A stretch of DNA of 64,000 bases from contig CBDESU010000002.1 in NCBI GenBank assembly GCA_965242695.1, positions 32,001 through 96,000 of the forward strand. Direction: 5' to 3'. This DNA is from Cenarchaeum sp. (lineage in GTDB: Archaea > Thermoproteota > Nitrososphaeria > Nitrososphaerales > Nitrosopumilaceae). The number at the start of each line of letters is the position of its first letter. The stretch's first letter is position 1. Below are positions 39,601 to 48,837 of this stretch, piece by piece. Position numbers and translations under genes: made by a program. The notes under the pieces were generated by a model that saw only the letters and a list, made by a program, of their open reading frames with translations, did no database searches and was not told where the DNA came from.

Positions 39601-40230
39601 CCCGCCCGGGCCTCCGGCCTTGACAGAGTACCGAACCTCGAACTCTGGGTGGTCCTGCAGGGGCACGGATGCGGGGCCGGGCCGGCCCACGGGAATGTCG
39701 ATGGTCTCCGAGTGCGGGACGCGCCGGAACCGCCTGGCCTTCGAGTCCTCGGAGGGCTCTTCGACGTACGTACCGTACTCGATGCGCGCCCGCACGCGGC
39801 TTGTGCCCGGCGCGAGGGTGCAGCTAAGTCCGAACGACGACGGGTTGGCGCCCGTGGAGGGAACGCCCCCGGCGCCGGCGGCGGAGTGGCCTGCGCCCGC
39901 ATCGGCGTCTCCGCCGTCGGCGGCGGCGGCCCCGCCGCCTGCCTGCACGCCGGATCGCCCCTCGTTGTCCTCCTCGTCTGCCTGCATGTGGCGCGGGAAC
40001 AGTATGCCCGACATGTACCCGCGCAGGGGGCTCTCGCTCGACGGCAGCTTCTCTTCGGGGCCGCCCCGCGGCCCGACTATGTCGGCGCGCAGCTCGTCGA
40101 TGAGCATCTCGCGCACCTCGAGTGCTCCTTGCCTGCGGAGGCGGGGGGCAGGCTCGCCGTGGGCGGGGGGCAGACGGGACGAATCGCGGAGCTGATTGGC
40201 GCCGGGGGCGGCATCGCCGGCAGAGCTCAT
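36622..40230 (-). CDS. drmA: DISARM DrmA-like SF2 helicase (copy 2)
   Basis: LWFPTGGGKTEAY, MRYTLRLLTLQQF, GTVDKFA, IQDELHLISGPLGT, TNMLSVGVDIPRLG, YIQATGRIGR. Confidence 0.9.
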   Translation of the reverse strand: MSSAGDAAPGANQLRDSSRLPPAHGEPAPRLRRQGALEVREMLIDELRADIVGPRGGPEEKLPSSESPLRGYMSGILFPRHMQADEEDNEGRSGVQAGGGAAAADGGDADAGAGHSAAGAGGVPSTGANPSSFGLSCTLAPGTSRVRARIEYGTYVEEPSEDSKARRFRRVPHSETIDIPVGRPGPASVPLQDHPEFEVRYSVKAGGPGGGPALRVFVVNTNIHLAVAPPGVSRCAFQPRITLLPPDGAAGGNARIFVGAAAAPPPDGDQVDPDHALFEMMFRDKVHVAAGHCCAVVWDEKEAAEHGAVSSLETTFVPRYDVPHVGPRPSDAAYLDMRTLYEAKAADYAALLSPLADEYEAWIAGDLEPRAARMPARHRAAANRQAAECRRALRRIRRGIEIVSTDEAAADAFSFANRAMYLQMSHARWIRDKRAGLQAPAYEPGPCECRWHMFQLAFFLLNIESITDPSSEGRRTADLLWFPTGGGKTEAYLGLIAFTLAHRRLRSHDANHLRYGTAVVMRYTLRLLTLQQFHRAAALMCACESVRRRTPAKWGDEPFLVGLWVGSGATPNRLQSAREAIEEARAGRPRRGENPVQIIECPWCGKEITARDYRVSGRPEQCRVYCPNKYCEFSDKPGAGYESNLPVLVVDDDIYSRCPSLVIGTVDKFAQLTWKWEAGAVLGRVDKYCQKHGFTVDALDKDCGAHGNAETFLLGDHGQARLDPPELVIQDELHLISGPLGTLTGIYETAVDALCSGGSAGRPKIIASTATAKKASGQIAAVFDRRDSRVFPPQGLDYGESFFATRADPSIKPGRAYVGMCVTSRSGPTVLGRLSAAVLRKVRALEEGGELAPGDLDPYHTLVAYFNTLRDLGGANKMYDDTVPRLIQRIYANFEEDAAAAAGGGGGKKDGGRAYKDALLMKEELTSRIDSSDIPDILRGLEAAVEGAGRPREPGSAGIAPTPVDVLLCTNMLSVGVDIPRLGVMIVNGQPKNHSEYIQATGRIGRASPGLVIANLNYLKPRDLSHYENFVHYHSTLHKNVEPNTVTPFSSRSRDRALLAVLVAMLRHEGTRLAGASGAAEFRASPPESHVAGMLERARAAILERARSVDPDQEVGTSEDIDRLAGVWHEAATGRLPLRYSRPWHRLARQPENAEYLMRPTGEDASRGLEEVPNSLRDAEPPVPVWYLDDVRGGSGGGGGGA

Positions 40231-40539
40231 GCTCCTCCGCCCCCTCCTCCCGTGCAGGCCGACAACACGGCCGGCCGGATATTGCTCAATAAAAGCGTGC
40301 AGTGTGAGGGCCAGCGAGTGGCCATAGCCCTGCACGGGGCGTTTGGCCAATACTGAAGCAGCTGCGCCGTTCCATGCCTATTTCTGACTTGCCGCTGTAA
40401 AGACTTTGTAGACTACAACCGCATGCCGGAAGCTATGGCGCAGTGCGATGCCAGCCCCCGTGCGTCCCCCCCCCCCACAAGTAAACCCAAGTGATCATGA
40501 CACTCGGCAGCGCGAGATCCTGTGGGCAGGAGCAGGCCA

Positions 40540-40831
40540 TCATGGGCGGTTGTCGCGCCCATACAGTTGTTTATGATCGCCAAGATCAACCAGGTGGACA
40601 ACATGTGCATGGCAGCCTATGCGATAGATAAGACTAACAGGTTTTGTGAGGTGAAATCCGTAGCAATCATGGTACGTCCATGCTTTTTTTTTCACCAAGA
40701 GTTGATGAGTCATTGCACGATTCCGGTTCGTCGATAAATGCATCAGGCAGGCGCTGTGCGGGCGCATTGCTTTTAATGTTTTTGAGCGCCTTCGTTATTC
40801 TGGGATGGCTTGATACCTTCCAATGTGTCAT
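40540..40831 (-). pseudogene. RelE/ParE-like toxin frameshifted in an A9 tract
   Basis: MTHWKVSSHPRITKALKNIK..LGEKK | AWTYHDCYGFHLTKPVSLIYRI..LVDLGDHKQLYGRDNRP aligns end-to-end with 18732-19022 if A9 (40684-40692) is read as A8. Confidence 0.75.
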
Positions 40832-41421
40832 TCTTCAAGGACCCTCTTCACATGCTTTTTATATTCGGCAGGCGTGTATGTTTTGGCGACGTATGTCCCC
40901 GAGTCAATGGCTTTGAGCGTCTCTTCTATTTCGGGATTGAATTTTTCGTAGTCGTCTGCATCGCTTGCGGCGCTTTCAAGCAAGCCGTTCTTGATCAGGC
41001 TGTTTGTCGTGTACTTGGGATAAGCGTTATAGGCGTCCCTTAATAAGTCGTGTAGATTTCTTTTGTTGAGGCGTGCAAGCTTGTCATACAGCTCCTTTAT
41101 CACCGATCCATTGTCCCTGACCAGTGTGCGCAGAATTTTCCTGCCCTTGGGCTTGAGGGCATACACGTAGATCGTGTGCCCATCTGGTGTGGTCTGCCGT
41201 GCTTCGCCAAGAATGTTTGCGTCAATGCAGAACCGCACATCTTCTGCCAGATCACGGCTGTATGGGCCATAGTGGTATGGCTCCCAGTCGTGGTAAAAGT
41301 CAAGGTCCAGCAGGTCGTCCCTGCACAGATGCGCGGCGATGAAGCCATACTTTTGCAGGCGTAGCCTTCCCCGAACCGTCAGCTCGTTTACGAGGACGAC
41401 TAGTCGCTCGGGTCCCGCCAT
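40828..41421 (-). CDS. Panacea/DUF4065-like wHTH antitoxin with C-terminal tail
   Basis: GRLRLQKYGF, WEPYHYGPYSRDL, YNAYPKY; tail PEIEETLKAIDSG..KTYTPAEYKKHVKRV; ATGA coupling. Confidence 0.7.
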   Translation of the reverse strand: MAGPERLVVLVNELTVRGRLRLQKYGFIAAHLCRDDLLDLDFYHDWEPYHYGPYSRDLAEDVRFCIDANILGEARQTTPDGHTIYVYALKPKGRKILRTLVRDNGSVIKELYDKLARLNKRNLHDLLRDAYNAYPKYTTNSLIKNGLLESAASDADDYEKFNPEIEETLKAIDSGTYVAKTYTPAEYKKHVKRVLEE

Positions 41422-41591
41422 TCCCGCGCCCCGCCCATCCCGCCATAATAGTCCATTGGACGGCGGGGAGGCACCTCGCCATCTTCCACAAGCCGCGGCT
41501 CGGGGCGAAAGCCGTGCATGGCCTGCCGCCGGTTCCTGGCGGGCCGAAGTAGCCGGCGGCAGGGGCAGGCGCCCCCCCCCCAAACGCAGAT

Positions 41592-42602
41592 ATGCCGGCC
41601 GGCGCGGGGCACCGCGTGGACGCCGACATGGTCAACCACCTGCTGCACATGCAGGCGGCGCTCGCCACCGGAAGGTCCAACCGCCACTTCCGGCTCAACA
41701 AGAGGCACGGCCTGGCGATACGCAAGTCGAACATGGAGGACGGCGCAATGGCCGACACGGTGTGGTCGCTCGGTGAGATCCACACGTGCGGCGCCGCGCA
41801 GGAGTACTTTGGAATGATCGACGCGAGGAGGGCCGGCAAAGTCATCGACCGGTTCGAGGGCGCGTGGCCCGACTACGGAGAGGCCGTCCGCAACCGCAAG
41901 CGGTGCATCCTCGACCTTGCGATGCGCCATGCCGGCCGCGCCGGCATACGGCAGGCCGTCATACTCGGCGCCGGGTTCGACGCGCTGTCGCTCGAGATCG
42001 CCGCGCGCAGCAGGCGCGCCGTGTCGTCGTACGAGGTCGATGCGGCGGCGATGCCGTACAAGCGCCAGGTCATGTACGACGTGGACGGCGGCGCCGCGCC
42101 GGACTATCTCAGGTGCATTACGGCCGACCTGTCGGCCATTACGCCGCGCCGCCTCGGCACAGCGCTCACAAAGGAGGGATGGGACTACGACCGGCCGTCG
42201 CTCGTCGTCGCCGAGGGGATCACGCAGTACCTGCCAAAGTCCAAGCTGGCCGCCCTGCTCTCGCTGTTCCGCACCCCGAACGGGTCGTCGCGGATCATAA
42301 TGGAGTACATACGGGACAAGTCCTCGATCGACCCCGGCAGGGCCGGCGTGCCCGAGCAGCTGCTCGGCTGGCACGGCGTCATGATCGGCGTCGACAGGCT
42401 GTCGAGGTACTCTGACGCGCAGGCGCTCGACTTTGCCGCGGGCGGGACGGGGCGCGGCGGCAGGGCCGGGGTCGACGCGGCCGCGGCCGCGGGCATGAGG
42501 ATCGCCGGCCCCGCGCATATGGAAAAGGCGCGGACGGGGGACAACGCCTTCTTTCCGGACGACCGCAGCGGGTGGTTTGCCGTGTGCCACGGCCCCATCT
42601 AG
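41592..42602 (+). CDS. Class I SAM-dependent methyltransferase (LCM/PPM family)
   Basis: QAVILGAGFDAL, YEVDA, ITADL, VVAEGITQYL. Confidence 0.8.
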   Translation: MPAGAGHRVDADMVNHLLHMQAALATGRSNRHFRLNKRHGLAIRKSNMEDGAMADTVWSLGEIHTCGAAQEYFGMIDARRAGKVIDRFEGAWPDYGEAVRNRKRCILDLAMRHAGRAGIRQAVILGAGFDALSLEIAARSRRAVSSYEVDAAAMPYKRQVMYDVDGGAAPDYLRCITADLSAITPRRLGTALTKEGWDYDRPSLVVAEGITQYLPKSKLAALLSLFRTPNGSSRIIMEYIRDKSSIDPGRAGVPEQLLGWHGVMIGVDRLSRYSDAQALDFAAGGTGRGGRAGVDAAAAAGMRIAGPAHMEKARTGDNAFFPDDRSGWFAVCHGPI

Positions 42603-42800
42603 CCCCGCGCGCAGTCCGGCCGGGCGTGAGTGGGCGCCGCCCCTGCCGCCGCCTCCAAGTCCCTGCCGCATGCGCCCATCTCCCTGCTCGCCCGGTGTGC
42701 GGCGCGGCCGCCTCGGCTGCCGCGGCGCAGCAGCGGGGGCGTTCCGGCGTACGCCGCGGCGGGGAGCGGGATCAGCTGGCGCGGGCGCGGGCGCTTCGCG

Positions 42801-45302
42801 CTAGGAGGGTGCATCCGCGTGACCCGCTAGCGCAAGCGGCGCAATCACGGGAGTCAGCGCGGCCAGGACGGCCTGCCTAAAGGCAGGACTCTGCCGCTCC
42901 AGGTCGGCGACTGCGGGCGAGACCGCATAGTATGCGCCGTTGAGCCAGGCCATGAGCGCGGCGCCCGAGTCCGTCCCGCGCACGGCGGCATCGCGCATCT
43001 CGCGCAGCGCCTGCACCTGCGGCGCCAGCTCCGTGCCGTACGCGGCCGTCGCGACAAGGCAGCCCCCTCCCTCCGGCGCTGGAGACTCTTGCGCGGCGCC
43101 CCCTACAATCTGGCAGACGCCGTCCTCGTCAAGGGCAGTGCCGGGGCCGCACAGGGCAGGAGGATCAGAGTCTGAGGAGGGAGGCGCGTCTGGGGCGGCT
43201 TGGGGCGGCGCGTCGCTGCCGTCATCCGATTCCGGCCGGGCGGCAGGGGCCGCGTCGTCTCGCGCCGCATCCGTGGCCGGTGCCTGGTCTGGTGCGGCCG
43301 CGGGGGCCGGTGCGGGGTCGGGGGCCGCGGGGGCCGCGGGAGGAGGCGGAGGGGGTGCGGGGTCGGGGGCCGGTGCGGGGTCGGGGGCCGCGGGAGGAGG
43401 CGGAGGGGGTGCGGGGTCGGGGGCCGGTGCGGGGTCGGGGGCCGCGGGAGGAGGCGGAGGGGGTGCGGGGTCGGGGGCCGGTGCGGGGTCGGGGGCCGCG
43501 GGGGCCGCGGGAGGAGGCGGAGGGGGTGCGGGGTCGGGGGCCGGTGCGGGGTCGGGGGCCGCGGGGGCCGCGGGAGGAGGCGGAGGGGGTGCGGGGTCGG
43601 GGGCCGGTGCGGGGTCGGGGGCCGCGGGAGGAGGCGGAGGGGGTGCGGGGTCGGGGGCCGGTGCGGGGTCGGGGGCCGCGGAAGTCGGGAGCGCCCTAGC
43701 CGGGACGGGCGGAGGCGACGCGCCGTCGACCTGGAACGTGGTGATCCCGACAACCTTTCCCCTAAATGTCACCAGCACCTCGTACGTTCCCGTGGGCGAC
43801 TCCGAGTCGAGCATCACCGGCAGGCTGTACCTTCCGGTCTCCGTGGTATAGATTAGGCCTCCGTCCGTGTTTCCGTCGGGGCGCGTGATCGTAATCGCCA
43901 CGCGGTCGCCATCCTCGCGATTGTGCAGTATGCCGGACACTGTCGCGTATACGGTCTGGCCGTACCTTACGGAGTAAAAGCCCTCGTCTACGGCGACCGT
44001 TCCCCGATCGGCGGCGGCGCCTGCGCCGCCGCGGCCCGGGGCGGTCCCGGCCGAGACGGTGACGGTCCCGGACATCCAGGGATGGACCACGCAGTAGTAC
44101 GGATAGCTGCCGGCTGCCGCAAACGTGTGCGCAAACGCGGATCGGGGCCCGATCAGGCCGCTGTCGAGCCGCCCGTCCGGCCCGCCCCCTGCTGTGCCGC
44201 CGACCACCGTATGCGCCGAGCGGTCGCCGTTGGTCCACGTCACCGTGCCGCCCGTGCCGATCGATGCGTCCGACGGCACGTAGCACGTGTCGTTGTCCTC
44301 GCAGCCGGGGACCGACGACCCGAGCAGTATGCTGACGTCCGCGCCGGCCGCCGGCGCGGCCGGCGGCAGGGCAGGATCCGGCTCCGAAGGGACCGGGACC
44401 GGATCGGCGCGGCCGCCGGCCCCGCCGGCTCCTCCGCCGCCGCCCGGCGTCGGATCCCGCGGCAGTTCCGGCTCGAATGGCGGGGCGCGCATGCCGCCGC
44501 CGGGCGCCGAGACCTCCCTGTACTTGGCCGTTATTGTGACAAGGCGCTCGGACAGCTCGTCGCCCGTGATGATGAGCAGCCCGCCGTTGCTGGACACCGA
44601 CTCGCAGAGGCCCCCGTACCTCAGGTACCCCTCGCCGTAGCAGGACTCGGACGAGTAGTGGCTGAACGGCTCGCCGTCGGACCACCTGTCGAAGGACTCC
44701 CTGCCGGGCACGACGTACACGTCGAACCCGTGGGTCGGATCGTCGATCGAGACGTGGTACTCGAACGAGGTGATCTCCCGGGACGTGCAGAACGGCACAT
44801 AGTGCGCGTGGTCCACGACGGTTGCCAGCTCGGTCTCGACGATCCCGTACGTCTTGTCGAGGGCCACGGGGTACATGATGCTCGACCGGTCGCGGGTGTG
44901 GCCGTACCCGAGTATGTGCCCGATCTCGTGCGTCATTATCTGCGCTACGTGCTGCCCTGAGTACGGGTGCCAGCGGTCCATGCAGTGGCTGTCGCCCAGC
45001 CCCACCTCTATGAACCGGTTGCCGTACGCGTACCCCACGTGCTCTACGCCAAAGTCCCTCACCCACTGCACGCTAAAGTCCGCATCGCGGCGGCTGTCGG
45101 CGACGTAGAACTCGGTCCCGGGAAGACGGTCCGACCAGTACTCGGTCGACTCGTACATGACGTTCGATGCGTACGAGGCCCAGTCGGGAAGCTCTTCGGT
45201 GTAGACGAGCAGGCTCGTCTCGGCGTGCGACATAGGCGCGGCCGCGGCCGCAGCGCACAGCGCCAGGGCGGCCCCGACAAGGACGCAAGGCTCGGGGCGC
45301 AC
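42801..45302 (-). CDS. Exported multidomain protein: matrixin metallopeptidase + cupredoxin + Pro-rich stalk + CFI-box-CTERM
   Basis: HEIGHILGYGH..SIM; WTNGDRSAHT..YYCVVHPWM; GGGCLVATAAYGTELAPQVQ; start uncertain. Confidence 0.82.
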   Translation of the reverse strand: MRPEPCVLVGAALALCAAAAAAPMSHAETSLLVYTEELPDWASYASNVMYESTEYWSDRLPGTEFYVADSRRDADFSVQWVRDFGVEHVGYAYGNRFIEVGLGDSHCMDRWHPYSGQHVAQIMTHEIGHILGYGHTRDRSSIMYPVALDKTYGIVETELATVVDHAHYVPFCTSREITSFEYHVSIDDPTHGFDVYVVPGRESFDRWSDGEPFSHYSSESCYGEGYLRYGGLCESVSSNGGLLIITGDELSERLVTITAKYREVSAPGGGMRAPPFEPELPRDPTPGGGGGAGGAGGRADPVPVPSEPDPALPPAAPAAGADVSILLGSSVPGCEDNDTCYVPSDASIGTGGTVTWTNGDRSAHTVVGGTAGGGPDGRLDSGLIGPRSAFAHTFAAAGSYPYYCVVHPWMSGTVTVSAGTAPGRGGAGAAADRGTVAVDEGFYSVRYGQTVYATVSGILHNREDGDRVAITITRPDGNTDGGLIYTTETGRYSLPVMLDSESPTGTYEVLVTFRGKVVGITTFQVDGASPPPVPARALPTSAAPDPAPAPDPAPPPPPPAAPDPAPAPDPAPPPPPPAAPAAPDPAPAPDPAPPPPPPAAPAAPDPAPAPDPAPPPPPPAAPDPAPAPDPAPPPPPPAAPDPAPAPDPAPPPPPPAAPAAPDPAPAPAAAPDQAPATDAARDDAAPAARPESDDGSDAPPQAAPDAPPSSDSDPPALCGPGTALDEDGVCQIVGGAAQESPAPEGGGCLVATAAYGTELAPQVQALREMRDAAVRGTDSGAALMAWLNGAYYAVSPAVADLERQSPAFRQAVLAALTPVIAPLALAGHADAPS
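43300..43680. repeat. Intragenic tandem repeat, 6 copies of 54/63-bp units encoding (PAA)PAAPDPAPAPDPAPPPPP
   Basis: Unit starts at 43339, 43393, 43447, 43510, 43573, 43627. Confidence 0.92.
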
Positions 45303-45420
45303 GGGCGGGGCGCGAGGGGCGATCCTAATATCGTCTGCGCAGGAGTGCCGCGCGGGCGGGGCGCGCCCGGGGGTCGGGCTGGACGGCAGGCCTGGAGCGG
45401 AGCCCCCTTCGCCGGCGCCG

Positions 45421-46299
45421 TCACAGGCGCACCGGAACGCCCGCATCGAAGAGGAACCGCTTGACGGCGGCGATGCCGTACGAGCCGTAGTGGAATATCG
45501 ACGCGGCAAGGGCCGCATCGGCCGCGCCGTCCCTTCCCGCAAGCACCTCGGCCATGTGGGCGGGGGTGCCGCACCCGCCCGAGGCGACGACCGGTATCCC
45601 GACCGAGCCAGACACGGCCGACGTGAGCTCTAGGTCGTACCCGTCCTTTGTGCCGTCCCGGTCGATGCTCGTGAGGAGGACCTCGCCGGCGCCCATCTCC
45701 TGCGCGCACGCGGCCCATGCGACGGCGTCGATGCCGACAGGCCTCTTGCCGCCGTACACGTGCACCTCGAACCAGAAGGGGCGCCCGTCGGCATCGCGGC
45801 GCACGTGGACTGGCCCCGCGATGCCGGCGCCGTCCCCTCCTCCCCATCCCCTGGCCGCCCCGGCCGCCGCTTCCGCCCCGCCGCCCAGGCCGTAGTTGCG
45901 CTTTGCGTCGATGGCCACGACAACGCACTGCCTGCCGAACAGGTCCATGAGGCCGGTGAGGACGGACGGGTCGCGGACGGCGCCGGTGTTGATCGCGACC
46001 TTGTCGGCGCCGGAGAGCAGTATGTCGCGCGCGTGCCGCAGCTCGCTCACACCGCCGCCGACCGTAAACGGTATGTCCAGGACGCCGGCGACGTCCCTTA
46101 CGAGCGCAGTTATCGTCCTGCGCCGCTCCTCGGATGCCGTAATGTCCAGGAAGACGAGCTCGTCGGCGCCCTGCTCGCCGTACCTTGCGGCAAGCTCGAC
46201 GGGATCGCCGGCGTCGCGCGTCGAGACGAACCTCGTCCCCTTTACGACGCGGCCGCCGGACACGTCCAGGCACGGGACGATCCTCCTCGTCAGCGGCAT
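45421..46299 (-). CDS. hisF: Imidazole glycerol phosphate synthase cyclase subunit
   Basis: RIVPCLDV, GADELVFLDI, LLTSIDRDGTKDGYD, ALAASIFHYG. Confidence 0.95.
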   Translation of the reverse strand: MPLTRRIVPCLDVSGGRVVKGTRFVSTRDAGDPVELAARYGEQGADELVFLDITASEERRRTITALVRDVAGVLDIPFTVGGGVSELRHARDILLSGADKVAINTGAVRDPSVLTGLMDLFGRQCVVVAIDAKRNYGLGGGAEAAAGAARGWGGGDGAGIAGPVHVRRDADGRPFWFEVHVYGGKRPVGIDAVAWAACAQEMGAGEVLLTSIDRDGTKDGYDLELTSAVSGSVGIPVVASGGCGTPAHMAEVLAGRDGAADAALAASIFHYGSYGIAAVKRFLFDAGVPVRL

Positions 46300-47018
46300 G
46301 CCTCTTTCTTGGCCTCCCGTATCGTGACCCGCCCCTCGTAGAGGGCCCTGCCGAGTATGACGCCGGCCGCGCCGGCCCTCTTGACTAGCCCCACGTCGGC
46401 GGCAGACGAGATGCCTCCGCTTGCGATCACGGCCGTTTCGGGCTCGGCGCACGCCCGGCCGAGCCAGTCCAGGTCGGGGCCCTCCATCGTCCCGTCCCTG
46501 CCGACGTCGGTGAGCAAAAACTCGCGCGCGCCGCCCTCCGCGAGCGACCGCACCCCCTCGAGCAGCGGCACGCCCGTGTCGCTCTGCCAGCCCCTCACGA
46601 GTATGCTGCCGCCCGAGTGGTCGACGGATACGACGATCCGGCGCGGGCCGTGCCGGGCAAGGAGCGAGCGCAGTGCCGGCCGGTCGGCGAACGCGAGCGT
46701 GCCGACGACCGTCCGGCTGCCGTCGATCGAGTCGAGCAGGGCCGAGACGGCGCGCGGCGTGCGCAGTCCGCCGGCGATCTCGACGGGAACGGTCGCGTGG
46801 CGGCACATGTCCCTCACTAGGCGCAGGTTGGATCCCGACCCGAGGGTCGCGTCCAGGTCTACGATGTGCAGCATGTCGGCGCCGTCGGCCTCCCACCTTC
46901 GCATGACGGCCACGGGGTCGTCGCCGTACACGGTCTTGTCGGCCGGGTTGCCGCGCAGCAGGCGGACGACCTTGCCGCCCAAGAGGTCGATGGCAGGAAT
47001 GACCCTCACTTGGCGCAC
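46290..47018 (-). CDS. hisA: ProFAR isomerase
   Basis: VIPAIDLLGGKVVRL, LHIVDLD, TDVGRDGTMEGPD. Confidence 0.95.
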   Translation of the reverse strand: MRQVRVIPAIDLLGGKVVRLLRGNPADKTVYGDDPVAVMRRWEADGADMLHIVDLDATLGSGSNLRLVRDMCRHATVPVEIAGGLRTPRAVSALLDSIDGSRTVVGTLAFADRPALRSLLARHGPRRIVVSVDHSGGSILVRGWQSDTGVPLLEGVRSLAEGGAREFLLTDVGRDGTMEGPDLDWLGRACAEPETAVIASGGISSAADVGLVKRAGAAGVILGRALYEGRVTIREAKKEACR

Positions 47019-47635
47019 CCCCTCAGGAAGTTTTCGAGCATGATGCGCCCGGCGGGGCCGGACTTTTCCGGGTGGAACTGCGTGCCGGTGATCGAGCCGG
47101 ACTCTACCACTGCGGGCACCCTCGCGCCGTAGTCGGCCTCGGCGGCCACGACTCCGCCTCCGCCGTCAGCAGGCCTCGCCATGTACGAGTGCACAAAGTA
47201 GGCCCATATAGGCCCGCCGCCGGCGCCTGCGCCCTCTAGGAGGGCAGACGGGCGCGTCTCCTCGAGGCTGTTCCACCCCATGTGGGGCACCTTCATCGTA
47301 CTCGGCAGGTCGACGACCTCGCCGGGCAGCAGGCAGAGGCCGCGCTCCGAGCCCTCGGCGCTGCGCTCAAAGAACGCCTCCATGCCGAGGCATATGCCGA
47401 GGACCGGAAGGGAGCCGCCGGACATGGCCTCGAGGACGGCGTCGGGCAGGCCGGCGCGCAGGGCCCTCACCGACGGGTCAAAGTTTCCCACGCCGGGCAG
47501 GACGATCCCCGAGTAGGGGTGCGACCTGCCGAGGGACTCTATCACGTCGACTGCGGCGCCGGCGCGCTCGAGGCCCGCCCGTATGCTGAATATGTTTCCG
47601 GCCCCGTAGTCGAAGACGGCGATGCGGCGGGCCAT
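47006..47635 (-). CDS. hisH: IGP synthase glutaminase subunit
   Basis: DYGAGN, LPGVG, GICLGM, PHMGWN, QFHPEKS. Confidence 0.95.
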   Translation of the reverse strand: MARRIAVFDYGAGNIFSIRAGLERAGAAVDVIESLGRSHPYSGIVLPGVGNFDPSVRALRAGLPDAVLEAMSGGSLPVLGICLGMEAFFERSAEGSERGLCLLPGEVVDLPSTMKVPHMGWNSLEETRPSALLEGAGAGGGPIWAYFVHSYMARPADGGGGVVAAEADYGARVPAVVESGSITGTQFHPEKSGPAGRIMLENFLRGCAK

Positions 47636-47636
47636 G

Positions 47637-48257
47637 TCACATGTTACCCTTTGTGCTCGGCGGTCCGGCGCGCCGCGGATCCCTCGAGGCCGCTGCCCTT
47701 AGGGCGACTGCGAGCGACTTTACGGCAGCCTCGGCCCTGTGGTGGTCGTTCTCGCCGTACCTGACCGACAGGTGCACGCAGCAGTCGAGGTTCTCGAGGA
47801 GCGAGCGGAAGAAGTGGTCGAGGTCCTCGCGCGCGACGCCCTCTATGTCCTCGCGGCGGAGGGCCACGTCGAGCGAGCAGTGGCGGCGGCGCACGAGGTC
47901 GACCGAGGCGTCGGCAAGGGCCTCGTCCATGGGGACGGACGCGTGGCCGAACCGCACTATTCCCGAGCGGTCGCCGAGGGCCTCGTCGATGGCAGAGGCG
48001 ACCGTAATGGCCGTGTCCTCGATGAGGTGGTGGCCTATGCCGTCAAGCGACCTTGCGCTCACGTCCAGGTCGATCATCGAGTGCTTTGAGAGGGACGCGA
48101 GGAGGTGGTCGACGAACCTTGCGCCCGTGCGGGCGCTGCACGCGCCGGTCCCGTCGATGTCGACGGCCACCTCGACGGACGTCTCGCCTGTCGTGCGCGT
48201 GCGCGAGGCGGTGCGGGAGTCGGGGGCGGCAGGGTGCTGAGGCGGAGGCGGCGCCAT
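47637..48257 (-). CDS. hisB: Imidazoleglycerol-phosphate dehydratase
   Basis: [32 protein letters not shown]. Confidence 0.95.
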   Translation of the reverse strand: MAPPPPQHPAAPDSRTASRTRTTGETSVEVAVDIDGTGACSARTGARFVDHLLASLSKHSMIDLDVSARSLDGIGHHLIEDTAITVASAIDEALGDRSGIVRFGHASVPMDEALADASVDLVRRRHCSLDVALRREDIEGVAREDLDHFFRSLLENLDCCVHLSVRYGENDHHRAEAAVKSLAVALRAAASRDPRRAGPPSTKGNM

Positions 48258-48837
48258 GCGGGGGCGGCAGGGGGGCGCAATTTATGGGTTGGGCGCTGGA
48301 CGGAGACAACCCGTGCGGAGCCCGGCCGGCATGCGCCGGTGTCTTACCAGGCGTGCACAGGAGCGTCGATCGCCCGGTATAGTAGTCTAGCCTAAAGCGT
48401 CACGCGCACCGCGCAATTGCACGATGTGGCGGCAATGCAGGACAACCTCTTGCAGTGCGCCGGACACGGCGCCGTGTGCGCCCCACATCGTCCTTCCCCG
48501 ACATGTGTCGAGTACGTAGGATGTCGCCCTGCGAGGAGACCCACGCGATGACGACGCCCGACACATGCGCCACCGCGGCAGCAGCCGGCAGAGGTGGCAC
48601 CCGGCGGCCGCCATCGGCAGGTACGACATGGCACGGCGCATCGAAAACGATGCGGCCCGTCTGAGTTCAGCAGATGTGAACGCATTCTGAATGCTGACCG
48701 GTTGTCCAGTCTCCTCGGCTAATGGGCAGGCATTGGTTGCAGAGGATGGCCGGCAGGGCACAGAGGGCGCGCCGATAGCCGATATAAAGCACAGATCGTC
48801 CGAAGTGTACCACCGCCGATGTCTGCCGGCATCCAGG

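Noticed and set aside
41592-42602. DISARM DNA methylase
   Set aside because: Motifs are LCM-type; no NPPY/DPPY or PCQ DNA-MTase motifs.
43300-43680. CRISPR array
   Set aside because: In-frame coding tandem repeat with no unique spacers.
48300-48830. Short ORFs between hisB and the nuclease-like gene
   Set aside because: No recognisable motifs; probably intergenic or decayed DNA.
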